Part shown: positions 12,901-26,404 of the stretch, piece by piece | Position numbering within the stretch: position 1 is the first letter of the stretch | Layout: each line of letters starts with the position of its first letter | From: Folioceros fuciformis | Taxonomy: Eukaryota | Length of the DNA: 64,000 nt | Assembly: GCA_049999805.1 (NCBI GenBank) | Contig: JBNGIO010005679.1 | Location: forward strand, 1 to 64,000 | Reading direction: 5' to 3' | The notes under the pieces: model-generated | What the model saw: only the letters and a program-made list of their open reading frames with translations | Database searches by the model: none | Told to the model about the DNA's origin: nothing | Made by a program: the position numbers and the translations under genes

Positions 12901-15272
12901 AGATAACGACTTCTCCTGCTCTAAAGGAGCAACTGCTGCCCGCTGGCCTTTCCTGGGTATTCCAACACCAGGAGGAGTGGCAGCTACTTCGAGCCGAAGA
13001 GATTCCAACTTCGATGGATGAAGTTCCAGGGACCTCACCAGATCATCTTGACCTTGACTGTTGGAATCGGGATGGTTGTCCGTGTCCATTCCTCCTGTTT
13101 GCTGGGGTTCAGGTTTCACTTCAGCAGCAACTGAAAGCAGACCATCCATAGTTTCAGTGTCTCCAGCTGAATGAGGTGGAGTGATGGCATTGCCATTCTC
13201 GTCCTCATCAGTTGCCTCACTTTCACCTCCATCATTGAAATTTAGCTCCAAGTCATGATTTTCAATAGTTACGTCGGTATCATCTGGAACACTATTACTC
13301 ACTGGCTTCCTATAAGCTTCGCTGTCTGCCTCCCTTTGGAGGTTGGTCTTCACTATCTTTGACAGCCTAAGGAGATTGATCCCTCCATTAGTCCTAGCAG
13401 CCCCTTCTGTCAAGGGTGCCACTGATGCCACAACTTTTTCACCGTTTGGTGGATTTCTCTGGTGCATGTTCTCCAATGGTCCTGCGTCGTGGCCTCCATG
13501 ACGCCCATTTTGCATCTCAACCTTCTTGACACTGATCTGTTCCACATGTGAGTTACCTTGTCCAGAAGGATCACCAGTCCTGTGGGGTGGTTTAGAGGCT
13601 GAATCCCCATCTGACACAGGATCGACTTTTGTGGTTGCGGGCTTATAATTCAAGCGCAGAAAGTTCATGTACGCAGGCTGTGATGGCAGAGTCAACACCT
13701 TGAACTTGCTCCTCCAGAATGGATGTTCCCTCAGCTCCCTCCACTGAATCCTGTGACTTGGGTCCTTCACAAGAAGGCGGCTCACCAAGTCCTCAAACTC
13801 CTTGCTTGGACATCCCTTCAGTGGTGGGGTGGGCATGAACAGGATGGAATTGACAAGCTCCGTGAAGCTCTTTGAGACGAACGGAGGTCTTCCAGCAAAG
13901 CACTCATACATTACGCATCCGAGTGCCCATAGATCTGATCCAAAAGAGTGCACTCCTCCATCCTGAAAAAGCTCAGGTGCCATGTAACAAGGAGTTCCCC
14001 TTTTCGCTTGTGGGAGCTGTTGTTGTAAGGGGGCATAACATGGAACAAGTCAAAGATTACTTGACAGACTGTTGCAGAGAGCAGCTTAGTTCAGAGCCAC
14101 TGAGTCGTGTAACAACACAAGCACAGAGAGTAACATGGTTCACCAACCTGCTGAACAGAGCTTTTAGAGATGTCACTTAGCCTGCGAGCCAATCCGAAGT
14201 CACACAACTGCAGAGAGCAACACAAGTTCAGATCAAAGCTATCACAGATCGTGCAAAAACCATGAGTGAGGCACATCACGCAGTCTACCTTGAGTCTCCC
14301 ATCCTCATCAAGTAGCACGTTTGAAGGCTTGAGGTCACAGTATACTACACCCTTAGAGTGCAAGAACCTGCATCAGCGCCGAAATAGCCTGTGAAAAGAA
14401 ACCGAGAGTCGAATTGACTGACCAAAGCAATCACTATGCCCACTCAATACTTGCCATTCAAGCTACATTCCAGAATCTGGTGCTTCCCAGGAAAATGAGG
14501 ACACTGGTAAAGGGCAGCTCACATCACTCATGTAAAATTATTCCATGCGTTAAAGAAGAATTTCACCGATAGACTGCGAAACGCGGGGTAACGAGAGATT
14601 ACTGCAAGGCTTGCACTAGATCTCGAGCAAAATCATGTATGGATTCTTCAGGAAGCTGCGTATCCTGAGAGCAGTACTCCAAGCGTTACTAGAAGCGAAA
14701 ACCCTTAAAAGCCATGTAACAGCGTCAACGTAATCGTGCTCATTAGCCGCGGTAAGCATCGTCTACCTGGCGAAGTAGCGTCAAGAGGTCGCCCCCAACA
14801 CAGTACTCCAAAACCAGCCATAGATGGGCGGAGGTTTCATACCTGAGCGGAGACACAGCTTCAATACAGAGAAGGGAAGTGAAACGAATGGAAGACCCCG
14901 ATATCAGAAACGTACCATGCAAAAAACTTGAGAACATTGTTGTGGTCAAGGGAATGGAGGGTCCGGACCTGCAAATAAGCAAGGCAGTTCTTACCTTCAT
15001 ATGTCCACCAGACGCAAGTGGCATCTCCACAAGAGCGGAAGAGCAGCTTTACCTCTTGTAGTACCCTACTCTTCTGTGACTTTTCCACACTCTTGATGGC
15101 ATAGTACTCGATGGACTTCTTCTTCCTGCCCTTGTAGACGGTCTGCTTTCCACAGAAACCTTAGGTTACTCTCATCGTGTGGAATGGTGAAAACGACAGC
15201 ACCTGCAGCTACTCAGCAGCTCACCGAATGTTTGCCGCGCCCGATTGCCTCGTATATGTGATACTGATTCAT
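9957..15272 (-). CDS. RUK: RUNKEL / ULK4-type (pseudo)kinase with C-terminal HEAT/ARM repeats, ~10 exons
   Basis: Exon 1 MNQYHIYEAIGRGKHS; YYAIKSVEKSQKSRVLQEV; YETSAHLWLVLEYCVGGDLL; atypical catalytic loop YCDLKPSN; LCDFGLARRL; RGTPCYMAPELF; then LWHPSDLAVRP, LGELLFYIATQ, HYALKTIENI, DGDMRFLCLKIF, DEDPIPMYAQKLL; GT-AG introns. Confidence 0.93.
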
Positions 15273-16034
15273 ATGAGCCGGCTGCGCAAGGACCTCAAAG
15301 TCCCACAGTAGAGAGAGCCTGTCCGTGTGCGGACCGTGTCACACCACTCCAAGCAACCGCGGATCGGACCATCCGCCTACACGCTAGCAGAAGCAGCACA
15401 CGAGGGCAAAAAGCAGGAGTTCGCAATGCAGCTGCGGCGCTGGTTAGGGAGGCCAACAGGTACATTCCACCGCAGGCACCAACTCCCGCCAACCATGCAC
15501 GGAGAGCAACGCACACGGAGGTCCTCTGGCAAATTACACTCAAAGAAACTGCTTTCCACAGCGCAGCAGCCGCAGCAGGCAGCAAGGTGTCCACTGTGAG
15601 CGCAGATTGGAGCGCCAACTTGTGAGCCGCCACGGGTAACACGGCATTCCAAAGCCGCTCCTGGTGTGAGCAACGAGACGAATTCTTCCTCGGGCTTAGG
15701 CCCTGCTGCCAACAAGCTCCCGCATACACACTTGCCTCGGCTTGCAAATGACGAGAAAGCCTGCGATTGCGGATTTTGCCGACAAGAGGCAGCAGGCCCG
15801 CGCAGGTTTGGCCGTGGGACAGATTCAAAGTGGTAAAGCGAGGGAGAGCTGTTGCTACGCCACAGTACTGGAACCACACTTCACTCCATCTGGTTGCGGT
15901 TAAGTATCCAGCTACTTATGGATGTAGTTAGTCTGATGCGGGATCCGGCGTTCGTTGCTGTTGAGAAAAAAAAGAATACGATTCATGAATCAAAAACCCG
16001 AAGGTAGTAAAGAGACGTCTAGTCCCGTTCTCGT

Positions 16035-19000
16035 TCACACGGCTGAAGCTTGTCGATCACCGGCTGTAAGTGCCGACAAGCGCAAGGGCATGGAACGTGC
16101 TATCCCGCTCTCGTTCTCCGGTGTGATCTTAGGAGGCGGTGGCGATGCCACGGTTGCCTTCCTCCTGGCCGTCAAGGCACGCACGACGGGACCAAGTTTC
16201 TCGCTCGTTTTGATCATCAGGAAAAAGAGGACGCGGTAAAGGAATGCGTCGATGAAGAGAATGGCGAGGTTCTCCCACTTGTCTCGGCTGAGAGTGATTT
16301 GGTAAGACTCCCGCAACACGTCCTCTCCTCGGATGTTGCTACCAAATGTGAGTCCCAGGAAGTCGTTCTGGTACATGCCCTGCGCGTGCAACCAGAATGA
16401 TGATGATGAGTGTGACCTTGCCTCGAGGAAGACGCAGGCTGATGGATCTACATCCATCGCACAATTCTTTACCTGTAGGGCGTACATGTGGAAGCCGATG
16501 TAGGACATGGGGTACCGCCAGAACGGCTTGGGCATGTCATTTGGCAGGCGGAAGAAACCAGCCACAAGCAAGTAGATACCCTGCACCCGGAAGCGTGCTT
16601 GTTAGTGAGCTTGTTGTCTGGGTCGAATGCTGGTACCAGTCTGTTTGCAGCTTCCTTCGATTGCAGCTCAAACCTGAATGCCAGCGCCGGTGATGATGCC
16701 CATGAGGAAATTGGGAACGACGCTTGTTACTGCCATCATGAGGCCCTCAACCACCAGCATGCACGCAAAGAGGGAGAGGATGAAGTAGCTGAAGTGGCCA
16801 AAGCCTGGGTGGAGTTGCACCATGGAGTAAACTATGGATCCCGTAGCAAGTGAGATGAGGAAGAGGAAGGGCATGGAAGAAAGCGAGTTTGCAATCACAA
16901 ACGCGGCGACTCCGTAGTGTCCGTTCAGCCTTTCTCGGCTGAAAACCTGACAGTAAGGCCCAATTCATGATGTGAGATCTCCTTGTGGTTGGGGGGTGGC
17001 AGCTACGTAGGCAATGCGTTTGGCAACGTGCGCACTGGACTCCTGGGAGAGGAGTTGGATTCCTTACCTTCATGTCCTCAACGAACGAGGGGAATCCTCC
17101 TATTGCCATGAAAGTGAGGAAGCCGGCGATGAACGACATGCATGATGCTCTTGCCTGCATTCCGGAGAGTAGCTGGTGAGAATATTCCCCTAGGTCTCTT
17201 TTCTAGTCCACAGGTACCACCATTCTGATGACAAAGGCATACCTGAATGGAACCCTCGGTGACCCCAACTTTGTAGTAAACGGTTCCGATGCAGATGGCT
17301 AGCACGATGTAAATGGCAAGACGGAGCCAGTAGTAGCCCATGTCTCTGAACATGTTCACGAACGATCTTCGGGCGAGTGTGAAGGTCTGCTTGAAGAAGC
17401 TGGCGTGACTCCCTTTTGACTCCAACAATGCGCCGTGCTGCAGCACAATGGAATTACAGCACAGGTGGTCATGGCGAGAATGGTAGCTGGAGCAGCTGAA
17501 GCACGGAGGGAGCGGGGCCTGGCCTTATGATGGTACCATCTGAGAGATCTCGTGGACTTTGGCTCTGGCCGACATGGCGAAGTCGGATTCCTCGTATGCA
17601 TTGACAAGAATCTCCCTCCTCATGCTGGTGCTCATTGTGCTCATGGGGTCAGCTTGCTCGATATCGTCCTAGTAGCATCAGCATTTACCGTAGAGTCACT
17701 CACCAAACAGCAAGTAGGTGGAGACTGTGAAGCTGTGAAGGACATATAGTACCATTCTGAGCTTGAAGGATCCTTTGATGGTGGCCGTCACCCTGTCGAA
17801 ATCTGAGTTGATGGCTCGCAAGAAATGGTCAGATGGGTTGCGCCTAGCGGGACAGGGGAAGCCAGCGTCGGCAAAGTGCTGTGGCCAACATTTTGCAGCG
17901 TCAGCTCGCCATGGGCACGAAACTTGATGTTCCGAAAGGACTGGTGTTGTCTAAGGTTCAGAGCTGGGCGATGGCGATGGCGATGGCATACCTGGTGCGC
18001 GACACCGGCCTTCCCGAAGTAGACCGTCTGTCCCGCCGACAGAAGGAAGAGATTATCGAAAAGCTCGAACACCTCGCTGCTGGGCTGGTGTATGGAGGCG
18101 ATGACGGTGCGGCCATCGCGGGCCAGGTTCCTCAACGTGGTCACCACGAAGAAGGCAGAAGCACTGCGACGCCATGGGAAGAGCGTTGCCAACATGACTA
18201 AAGGGAGGGGGGCGGCGGCCATCTCCAATCCAGAGAGGAGGAAGGAACGTGATCAACCTACCTGTCGAGCCCGCTAGTGGGCTCGTCCAGAAACAGCAGG
18301 CGAGGCCGAGTCAGGATCTCCAACGCAATGCTCACCCGCCGCTTCTCCCCGCCGCTCAGCCCCCGCATATGCCAGTTCCCGATGGCCGTGTTGGCCGCGT
18401 CCTGTAGCCCCATCTCGTCGATCGTGGTGTGGACCAGCGCCATCTTCTCTGCCCTGGGCATGGTCTCCGGGAGCCGCAGGCTCGCCGAGTACGTGATCAC
18501 CTCCAGCACTGTGAGCGTCCCCAGCAGGGTGTCGTCCTGCGTCACGTACGCCTGCAGCCAAGGCAGGGAGATCACCACACTCGCAATCAGCGACACAAGC
18601 ACACACACAGCAAGATGCAGCGCTCGCCGATCCCCTGGGATGCCGCTCACCGATGCTCCAATCGAGAGTCTCTTCTTCTTCTTCCCGTTCAGATAGATGT
18701 CCCCCGACAGCCTGGCGTTGGGAGACAGCCGCCCTGCCACAGCCCTTTCCGATGATCACCCCGATGGACAACGGCCAACAAACAGCAAGCATCGTCGTCT
18801 CCCCGTATCTCCATACCAGCCAGAGTGTCGAGCAAGGTGGATTTGCCCGAACCCGAAGGACCCATGATGGCCGTGAAGCTTCCAGGCTCCGCGTACCCCG
18901 TGAGCTTGCGCAGCAGAACCTGGGCTGCCTCCTCCCCGGCGCCTGCTGCCATGGGTACTGTGACAGTGACATCATTCCAGGCGAGGAACGCGCCCCCGCT

Positions 19001-19111
19001 GCCCACGACCGGAGCGGGGGCCGCATTGCCTCCCCGGCTGTAACTTCTGAAGAGGGTCTGGCTGAGCGGGCTGAGCTCAGGCTGCGGCTGCACCGCCGTC
19101 AGCCCGGCCAT
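16035..19111 (-). CDS. ABCG11: ABCG (WBC) half-size ABC transporter, ABCG11-like, multi-exon
   Basis: Walker [11 protein letters not shown]-loop YVTQDD, signature [14 protein letters not shown], Walker [74 protein letters not shown]. Start ATG and exact orthologue uncertain. Confidence 0.9.
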
Positions 19112-20249
19112 TGTCTCCACCTGCTGCGAGACGGAATGGGACGCCGGAGTCGAGTATCGGTCTGGGCCGGGCCGCTGGGGCTGGGGCTGGGCTTCTAGGA
19201 GTGAGACACGCTTGAGGCCGGGCTGGAGCTGGGAGAGAGCTGGATTTTGAAGGCATGACCAAGTCCGTGCCACCAACCGGGGTCCCGCTCGAACGCCATT
19301 GATGGCTCTGGCCCCGCGTGGGTAGGTGAAGCCGCGATCGCCCACAGGATCAGATTAGGCCTTCAACTCCCGCTGCTCGGACTGCTCCGTAATCGCACAA
19401 CTGTCATGAATTCCAAGTTCTAGGACATGGTACCTACACGCTCATCGTAATGTCGACAAGGAATGTCCGTCACGGAGTCAACTCTCGCTTACGCCCCACT
19501 GCGCACGAGCCTCATCAAAGCCTATTAACTCCTCCGCATTGGCCATCCCACCACTATTACCCTCCCGGTGCCCTGAAAGCCCCGTTGAGAGATGTGGGTG
19601 GTTAGTTAGCTGGACGATCTGTAGGTCCCATGTAAAAACAGTGTCCAGCGATGCTGATGGAAGCCGAGTTTGGCAGTCAGCTTGGTTGAGCGATGGGATA
19701 TGGTACTCCGTCGTGAGTCCAGTTGACGGTCGCCATCTGGGCAGGTGGGTAGCAGCTTGGCATGCAGATGAAACTCGCCAAATTCAGTTGGCCTCTTCAT
19801 GGGATGGGCAACATTTCTTTCATGCCTCCGTGTGAAGAGCACATCCAACAACAGTTCTATCAAAAGTTTTGCCCGCAGTCCTCAACAATGTGACCGTCGT
19901 GAATGCGCGGTAATTTGGTTGGTGCGCGAATCGCGATTCGCGACCCTCCGACGCTAGGAGCTCACTGATGAGGGTCGTGTGGCCTACGTTCAATCGTCAG
20001 TCCTTCTCTGGACCCTCCCTGGCTATGGCTTGCAACCTCAATAGCTGCAGAGCTTTGAGATGCCGTAAAATTGTTCTGGAATGCATGAAAGTAAAAATTC
20101 TCAGGTCCAGCGGGGGATTGATCAGAGCCAACTACCCCACCTAATACTCAGGCCATCCGGTGCCCACCGCGTCTGCAACTCACACATTAATGGGCTGCAA
20201 AATATCGGACTGTCCCCCTATCGGACCTACATGGAACACTATTACATAA

Positions 20250-21985
20250 TTGGACTAGGCTGAAGAATTTTCTATGTAAAAGGAGTACCAATGACATTGG
20301 TTTTGTTGGGTGCAAGCTAGGCTTTTGGCAAGGATATTGATATATTGTGGAGCAGGGTACCATGTCGGTCTAGAATCGATCATTTGTAATGCAAGGCATG
20401 TTCAATCCTAAGGGACCCGTCTAGAATGGATCGTTTGTAGTGCAAGGTATGTTCAATCCTAAGGGACCAGTCTAGAATGGATCCTTTACAGTACAAGGCA
20501 TGTTCAATCCTAAGGGACCAAGTCTAGAATGGATCGTTTGTAGTGCAAGGCATGTTCAATCCTGAGGGACTGGTCTAAAATCGATCCTTTGTAGTGCAAG
20601 GCATATTCAATCCTAAGGGACCGATCTAGAATCGATTGGTTGTAGTGCAAGGCATGTTCAATCCTAAGGCAACAAGATTTGGAAGAAGTGCAATCTATTG
20701 TTCTATCTTTAGTGCTCAATACAAGATCATCATACTTATTAGTATTCCTTCAACTATTGGCAGTAGCTCACACTATTCATAGTAAATCACGATTACTCTT
20801 GAGGTTGCCTCGAGGTATGTCTTACTACATCTTGAACATGGCTACAACATCTCTTTTAACACTCAGTGTTGTGTTGAAGAGGAAGAGAAAGAAGGGAGTG
20901 CTCGGCTAGCGATATCTTGGAATTGCCTTGAGCTTTATTACATGTTACGATGTTCTCAAGTACGTGATGCACACTTGGAAGCACGGGATTGAAGTAGTTC
21001 AGGTTTGTCCATAAAAGTAGGATTTTGCTCTAAATTCAAACGGTAAAAGGCTATTCTGGTCATTGTACTTGGTTTTCGTGGTTTGGGTTTTAAAAAATAA
21101 GTGGTAAAAGGAAGATAATAGGTACGATATGACGGGATATGAATGTATCACATTTCCGTCCAAGAACCTTAAACCATGGGAACCCTAAACCGTCCACACA
21201 TGATTTTAAATGTCAATTCATACTCTTTGCACTTAGAAACCCTTGCTTTCTATCTGTATGTATGTGATTAATTTTTGAAACCGTGGGTTTCAAGGATACA
21301 AAACCTACAGGCTTTCTTTTGTGGCTTATTAAGTATAACAAAGAGATATGTTCGATAGATCCCACTAATCTTGAATTATATATTACTCGGTGAGATAACA
21401 TTGAAGAATTCTTGTGATTTGTGAAGAATGGATGATTTGTTTAATGGGTTGAGATGTGCTAAATGTTTTTACAAATCTCCTCCTGTAATGGCAACCTAAG
21501 CTACCACTAGAATCGCATCCAACCAAGATATGAACTCAAGACTTATTGTAGAGTTGTGACAACTAATACCTCTTCTTTAAGAAGTCATTTAAAGATGAGT
21601 AGTCTTCTTAAAGATAAGTGGTGTGGATGGAAGGATCTGGATATTAGCAATGCCTAGTAGAAACTAGCATACCCCCTAAAAGAGGCTACAACAAAAAGCC
21701 TTGAGTATTGAGAGGAAATGACTTAGTAGTAAGTCTTGAGCTAAGTAAGCTTATTAGATAATTAAGGGTAGTTAGGAGAAGATTATCAACCTCTAGCTCA
21801 CAAACTACCTTGCAACTTAGTACAATATTGTAAAAGTTAACTAATCATGAGAGGTGTGTAAGTAATCTTCACTAGAGTATGAGGAAGCTAGTATTTGGCT
21901 TGCTCGGAGAGGGGCCATCATTATATCTGCTATATTTAAATGTGTAAAATATTCTTCTTAAAAATAAAATATTCTAGTTTATAGT
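20250..21985. mobile_element. AT-rich, CpG-poor decayed repeat/TE block between the divergent ABCG and ARID genes
   Basis: Abrupt composition change, internal minisatellite, no intact ORF; family not identifiable. Confidence 0.45.
20368..20668. repeat. ~51-bp minisatellite, ~6 copies
   Basis: Unit gtctagaatggatcgtttgtagtgcaaggcatgttcaatcctaagggacc repeated with point variants. Confidence 0.92.
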
Positions 21986-22337
21986 TGCTACGTTGGGTGT
22001 CGTCCTCTAATGATGTAGGAAATCGAGTTCGGTCAGGCGAGGAGAAGTTAGGGAGTAGGACACGAATACGGGGCTGCCACGCAGGCAAGAATGAGTTTGA
22101 GGCTGGAGGCGGCCCCTTCTTGCTCCGGTTGGGTTGGGGTTTGCACCATCTGGCGATTCGATATCATGATGATGCGCGAATCGCGATGAATGTCGTTGGG
22201 GTTTCCAGGGTTTGAATGCGGCGCGCAAGCCAGGGAATGCATGGGCTGGACGCTTCGGATGCCGGTGGGAGTGCTGGATTGGGAACGGCCGGCTGCGGTA
22301 TAGTCGGGACGGATGTGATTGCGGCCGCGGCGGGTGG

Positions 22338-25300
22338 ATGCTACTAGCCCGGCCACCAGTTGCAGACCAGGAAGGAATGATGCTTGGCCAGCAGAAGCGC
22401 GCGCTGGATGGGGCTGCCGATGTGCAGGAGGAGCAGCCTTCCAAGTACCGCAAGCCCAGCGATGATACCAAGGCCCAGGGCGNNNNNNNNNNNNNNNNNN
22501 NNNNNNNNNNNNNNNNNNNNNNNNNNNNNNNNNNNNNNNNNNNNNNNNNNNNNNNNNNNNNNNNNNNNNNNNNNNNNNNNNNGAGCTGGTGGAGTGTAGC
22601 AAGAACCAGCGGCTGAGCGAGGCGATTGGACTCGAAGATGGTTCCGCGTTTCTTTCTGACCTAAGTGGTGCTGGTTCAGGTGATTCGGGGTCAGCATTGC
22701 TCCACTCCAAATTCGGAACTCTCGTTTCGCACGCCCAAGAGAATGAGCTTGGCGATGGTGGAAGGAAGGGGAGGGCGGGCTCGGGCTCGGGCTCGGGTCC
22801 GGCTGCGGGTACAGCTCGGTCTGCGCGGGGCTCGGGTCCATCTGGGTCCAGCGGGCATCGCAATTCGCGCTGCAGGCAAGGCAGCGAGGAGGTGGAGGCC
22901 GATCAGGCCGTGTGCCGAGAGACTGTGGAGAAGGAGTTGGAAGCGGATCAGGCTGTGTTTTTGGAGACTGTGAAGAAGGAGTTGGAGGCTAAGCGGTCGA
23001 AGCGCCTCAGGCCGTTGCCCGTCGTGGTGGCAGGGAAGGAGGTGGATCTGTACAACTTCAACGTCAAGGTTCGGGAACTCGGGGGCTATTGCAAGGTGAG
23101 TGCCGACTCACTGTGGGGGAATGTGGCGGAGGAGCTAGGGCTTGAAAGGGTATGTGGGCCCGCCGTTAAGTTGGTTTATTTCAAGTATTTGCGGAAGCTG
23201 GAGAGTAGAAAGTCGGCGGCAGCGGGGGCGAGGATTGGGCCTGCACTGTCGCAGCACCTTGCCGTTCCGGGCGGGGAGTTGAGCAATGGGAAGCGGGAAG
23301 CCAAGGCGGTGGAACAGTCTGGAGACAGTGAGTCCTCTAAGGAAGAGGCCGAGGAAGGTGGAGCCAAGGGTGAGGGCGGGGGCCTGCGAGAACAGCGGCC
23401 CTGGTTGCCTGATGTGCGTGAGGGGAATCCAGCCTGGCCTNNNNNNNNNNNNNNNNNNNNNNNNNNNNNNNNNNNNNNNNNNNNNNNNNNNNNNNNNNNN
23501 NNNNNNNNNNNNNNNNNNNNNNNNNNNNNNNNNNNNNNNNAATCCAGCCTGGCCTGCGTCTGGCAGTCTCAGTCGAAGCGGTTCAGAGGGGGCGGGTATT
23601 CTGTTTGCGGACGGGGCCATCGAGGAGGGTGACGGGAGAGGAGGGCTGGGGCAGAGGAGGTTGGACACGTTGGTCCATATGCTGCAGTGGATCAGACGAC
23701 TGGCCGTGGATCCGAATGACCCGTTAAAGGGGCAGGGTGAAGCTGGTTCGGGTCAGGATGCGGAGTGGGTTCGAGAGTGCCTGGCAACGGCCCAAAGAGT
23801 TCGTGGGTTGTTGTGGAAGAAACGAGATGAGCCCAAAGCGAGGAACGGTGGTGGTGATGGATTTCATGGCCAGGTAGGAAACAATGTGTGTATCGCTCCT
23901 CATGCTGATAGCGAGTGACAGTAGTGTAGTGTGTAGTACTTCTGGTTGCTTTGTTCTGATTCGCGTACACTGCAGAACAAGCAGACTTCGCGAGGTTATT
24001 ACGAGGAACCTGCCCAACCAGATATACAAGCTCTCGACAAGTTGAGATCTACTAAGGAGCGGATAATACACTACGGGTTGCAACCTCCTCAAAGTAGTAG
24101 TCAGAGGTCTAGCTCTAGCACCCTCGGACACCATAACAACAACCGGCGGTCGTGTTCACCGCCTCCTGTGTTTTACATCGGAAGTGCGGATGATCGGAAG
24201 GACGTGAAGATGGGGCACCTTCATCAAGCGGAAGTACCCGAGTGGAATCCTCATGCCATTCCCCCAATCGCATCTGCTGCCGAAGCCGATGGATCCCTTG
24301 TGGAAGGATGTGCCTTCACTCAGGAAGGAGAGAATGACGTGCGGAGGTGGTTTGGAACTCGAGTTTGGCCTCGTTTGGGTTTTGATAGCGTTGTAAACGA
24401 ACACAGGGTAGGGGCAGGTAGGTCAGACGTTTGCTCTTGCGAGGAAGTGGAGTCCATCGAATGTGTCAGACTTCATGTGCACGAGGAGAAGGAAAAATTG
24501 AAAGCAGAGCTGGGCAGTGCATTTGACTATTGGAAGTTTCAGGAGATGGGCGAAAGCGTGGCTGATCAGTGGACAAACGAAGAGCAGCATGCTTTCACAG
24601 CTCTTGTTAGAATGAACCCTGCGATATTGGGTAAGAATTTCTGGGATCAACTGCCTGTGGCTTTTCCCAACAGAAGCATGAAGGAGCTAGTTAGTTACTA
24701 CTTTAATGTGTTTATCTTGAGGAGACGAGCTATTCAGAACAGGCTTCTCGAAGAAAAACTGGACAGTGATGATGATGACAAGGAACTGCCAGTGACTGAT
24801 TCTGAATACACCGACGAGTCCGACAGTGGTGAGGACGGTGAGGAGGAAGTGGAGGACACCACAGGGGAAGATGAGGCGGAAATTATCACAGAAAGTCCAG
24901 TTACAAAGGGCAATTCCCCAAGGCACCCGCACTTCACTGAACTGGAAGCAAGTCTCAACTACAGCACAAGCAAGACTGAGGTTGATGGTTTGGATGCAGT
25001 TCTGGGACTCCCTCCCACAGTAGTGTCAAGGCTCGATGATGCGGAGAGTCAGCTGTTACGGTTGGGTCAGAGAAATCTCAGGGACGCGGCGCATCTACGA
25101 GCTGACTGGGGGCACGAGCTTCATGGTACTGTGAAGCATCACATGGAGGGAGTCAATTCGATCGCTGAGGATGCCCTACAGCAGGTGGAAGGATGGGAAG
25201 CTCTTCACTGGGATGAGACTGACCATGACTTCGCCAAGGTGAAGCAGGAGGAGAACGTCCGCGAAGATTGTCCAAACTCATTTCAGACTCTACGAGGATG

Positions 25301-25367
25301 CAAGCACGAGGGAGGTTCGGGCCAAGTGCCACCTATTCCTTGCAGCTCAGAACGGAATGACGTGTGA
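22338..25367 (+). CDS. ARID + ELM2 + SANT/Myb-like chromatin protein (ARID1/ARID2-like); intron 23874-23975; two N gaps inside
   Basis: ARID domain RPLPVVVAGKEVDLYNFNVKVRELGGYCKVS...WGNVAEELG...VKLVYFKYL; MLQWIRRLAVDPNDP; ELM2 MGHLHQAEVPEW; C-S-C...SIECVRLHV; SANT WTNEEQHAF...FWDQLPVAFPNRSMKELVSYYFNVFILRRRA. Start and C-terminus approximate. Confidence 0.88.
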
Positions 25368-26404
25368 CAGTCTGAGGAGCACTCCAGGAATGGCGTAGAC
25401 TTCGAGAGGGTACGGATCCCGAAACCTGTTTCATGAAGAGAATACTTTGGCGTCCGCTGCCGCTCCACACACCTGTGTCTGTTGGCAAGAGTAAACATCT
25501 GGCAGCAGGGTCCTCACGGAAGACGGTAGTACCAGTGTCGGGAGCAGGTAGGTGTTCGATACTTTACGTCAGATACCTCGGTAAACAATGAGACTTGAAG
25601 GTAGCCAGGTCTGGCCTCAGCGTCGGCGAAGGGGTAAGGCAATACCGACAGATTTAGATTTGGCAGCGTTGGAACCCGGACAAGACTAACTTCGCACCTC
25701 TGGTATAAGGAGTTGTGATCTTTATATAGTCCTCATCCAGGGTAACCGCGTGTGCAAGTGGTGATGATTCGCGCATAGCTGTGCACGTCATGTCTCTTGC
25801 CCCTTGCTGGATCTGGATTCTGCTTTGCAGGTGAGTCTGTATTTTGGTCGTCCTATTGTCTGTGGATAGCCTGCAACGGACCCACGGCGAAGGCGGTGGA
25901 AACCCAGGCCATCGCGCGCACTGGCTTCGAACACCAAGGACAAGCCATTTCACCATGTATGTTTGCCTAGCCGGAGAATCGAGAGGATAGGCTTGACGGC
26001 AAAAATATCTTTCTTGTAGGCTACTGGGGACTACAACCTGTTCCTCTAAGTTTGGCACGTGCCTTACTGACCCTCTCATCAAACATTGTTGCCCTCGACG
26101 GGGGTGCCCCTACCTGGGGGGGATCGAGACACGCCCGGCAACTTCTTGCATTAAAACGTATCCCCCTCAGAATCACACCCCGCGATAAATTACTTTTAAG
26201 GTAACCCATTCACCTTCTGACCGAGTAAGCAGGGCCGGAAATGGAGAGACAACATCTACACCAGAGACTGTCTGGTCCCGCACGCGTACTGAGCTGATAA
26301 AAGTAACTGAAAGTAAAGATTAATACCTAAAAGCAAAGTTTTATATCTTATTTTCATATGTTTATTTCTTGTAGGTAACAAGATGGAAAAATCCATCGTT
26401 AGGG

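Noticed and set aside
14325-14350. YCDLKPSN instead of HRDLKPxN in the kinase
   Set aside because: Known property of RUNKEL/ULK4 pseudokinases, not novel
15245-15879. Several overlapping 90-194 aa ORFs between ABCG and RUNKEL
   Set aside because: GC-rich leader/promoter sequence without domain-like content, mostly non-ATG starts
20368-20668. Regular repeats suggesting a CRISPR array
   Set aside because: Head-to-tail units with no unique spacers, eukaryotic context, no cas genes
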